Positions 62,623-64,000 of a DNA stretch of 64,000 nt are shown here, one piece after another; within the stretch, counting starts at the first letter, position 1, and every line of letters starts with the position of its first letter. The stretch is from Octopus bimaculoides (Eukaryota): assembly GCF_001194135.2 (NCBI RefSeq), contig NC_068983.1, positions 10,972,342 through 11,036,341 of the forward strand, in the 5' to 3' direction. The translations under genes and the position numbers were made by a program. Under the pieces are notes generated by a model. The model was given only the letters and a program-made list of their open reading frames with translations, searched no databases and was not told the origin of the DNA.

Positions 62623-63713
62623 TCGATTTTATACACACATACCATGTACATAAGGGTATGTCCAAAAAACCAAGTGTCCCGAAAATCAGATAGCATTTGG
62701 ACACTAACATAGTCGTAATTACTGGTTTACTTATGGGACTGCGTATGTAGGTGGGTGAATGACTTACTGTATACGCACTTGTTATAATAAGCAACACCGG
62801 TGTGTACATAAAAGTTTGGTAGCTGAGCGTGGCCATGAATGGATAATGTTTGCTGATAGGAAGAAGAGGAAGAGAAGAACTGCAGGGAAATAGGTGAAAT
62901 AGGTGGGGGGACACATATATATATATATATATATATGAGAGACAGAAGTGGGTGTTGCTATTGTGAAAGAGTTGGGAGTATATTTGTTGAGAAAAAAAAA
63001 TGAATTCTAAGAAAAGTATACGAAGGAGGAAAGAGAAAACAGGTTGGCAGTGGAGAATCTTTAAAGATGTGTTTACAATTGTGGCTTCTTAGTTTAAAAC
63101 TCACATCTTCCCTCTTTTTCTTCGCCAGTTCACAAACGCAGACTGTTTCCTCGCCCTCTACCTCCCCAACTTCCTGTTTCTTCTTCAGTCTGTACAATTT
63201 TTACTGTGCCATATATACATATGCAGAAGTAAGGCTTTTGGAGGGTGGGACGATAATATGCACTCATTATCCCAGAATGCAGCAATAACAGAATCACTAG
63301 AAATGCTCAAACTACATTTGAGGGAGATTTGTAATAGCTGCCAGGTCTCCTTCAAATTTTACCACAGTTTTTTTCATTTTTCTTCTTTTTTTTTACTCTT
63401 TATTTTTTTAAGGTTTTTATCAGAGGAAGAAGGTTGGAGTGAGTTTATCCTCAGAGCAGATGCATGGTTTAAATGGTTTAAATGCATACAACACAGAAGA
63501 TTCTACTAAAAGTACCTATGGACTAGGTAGTGGTGTTAAATTGAACAACAGATTAAGTCCAGTACTGGAAAATAAAATTTGACAATCTAGTCCTTCATGC
63601 CCCCTAAAGAGATTAGATGGGCATAGCTAGAAGGCCTTTGATCACAGCAGGCCTGAGGTTAAACAACAATACACTTCAATGGAATTGTTGTGTAGTGAGA
63701 AATATTCTGTGTA

Positions 63714-63744
<31 letters not shown>

Positions 63745-63747
<3 letters not shown>

Positions 63748-64000
63748 GGCGTAGGAGTGGCTGTGTGGTAAGTAGCTTGCTAACGAATCACATGGTTCCG
63801 GGTTCAGTCCCACTGCGTGGCACCTTGGGCTAGTGTCTTCTACTATAGCCTTGGGCCGACCAAAGCCTTGTGAGTGGATTTGGTAGACGGAAACTGAAAG
63901 AAGCCCGTCGTATATATGTGTCGTCGTCGTCGTTTAACGTCCGCTTACCATGCTAGCATGGGTTGGACGATTTGACTGAGGACTGGTGAAACCAGATGGC
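63745..64000. mobile_element. SINE A head (+, 63745-63915) with a SINE B tail (-, 63925-64000) at its internal microsatellite
   Basis: taggcgtaggagtggctgtgtggtaag...aagcccgtcg, then gtcgtttaacgtccgcttaccatgctagc. Confidence 0.88.

Overview
AT-rich, microsatellite-dense animal genomic DNA from a draft assembly with many N gaps. The SINE repertoire and TTAGGG-type telomeric motifs point to a cephalopod, most likely Octopus (inference, no search run). Most of the window is interspersed repeats: at least five tRNA-derived or LINE-tailed SINE families (my labels A-F), RTE and CR1/Jockey-type LINE reverse-transcriptase relics, mariner transposase relics, pogo-, piggyBac- and hAT-type MITEs, a Helitron-like element, and a group of GG-terminated, 8-bp-TSD (Merlin-like) MITEs carrying inverted TTAGGG cores. 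No protein-coding gene could be named. Several candidate exons or exon chains are given at low to moderate confidence; the best is a 708-nt Ser/Thr/Pro-rich exon at 31241-31948. CpG density alternates in blocks, consistent with mosaic gene-body methylation. The most unusual signal is a set of Penelope-style type I hammerhead-ribozyme folds, two of them with GUGA instead of CUGA in the core; the best copy (11700-11750) has a full C3-G8 to G3-C8 compensatory swap. Several near-perfect local hairpins and opposed SINE trains are potential dsRNA/ADAR substrates. All coordinates were counted by eye and repeat boundaries are approximate.
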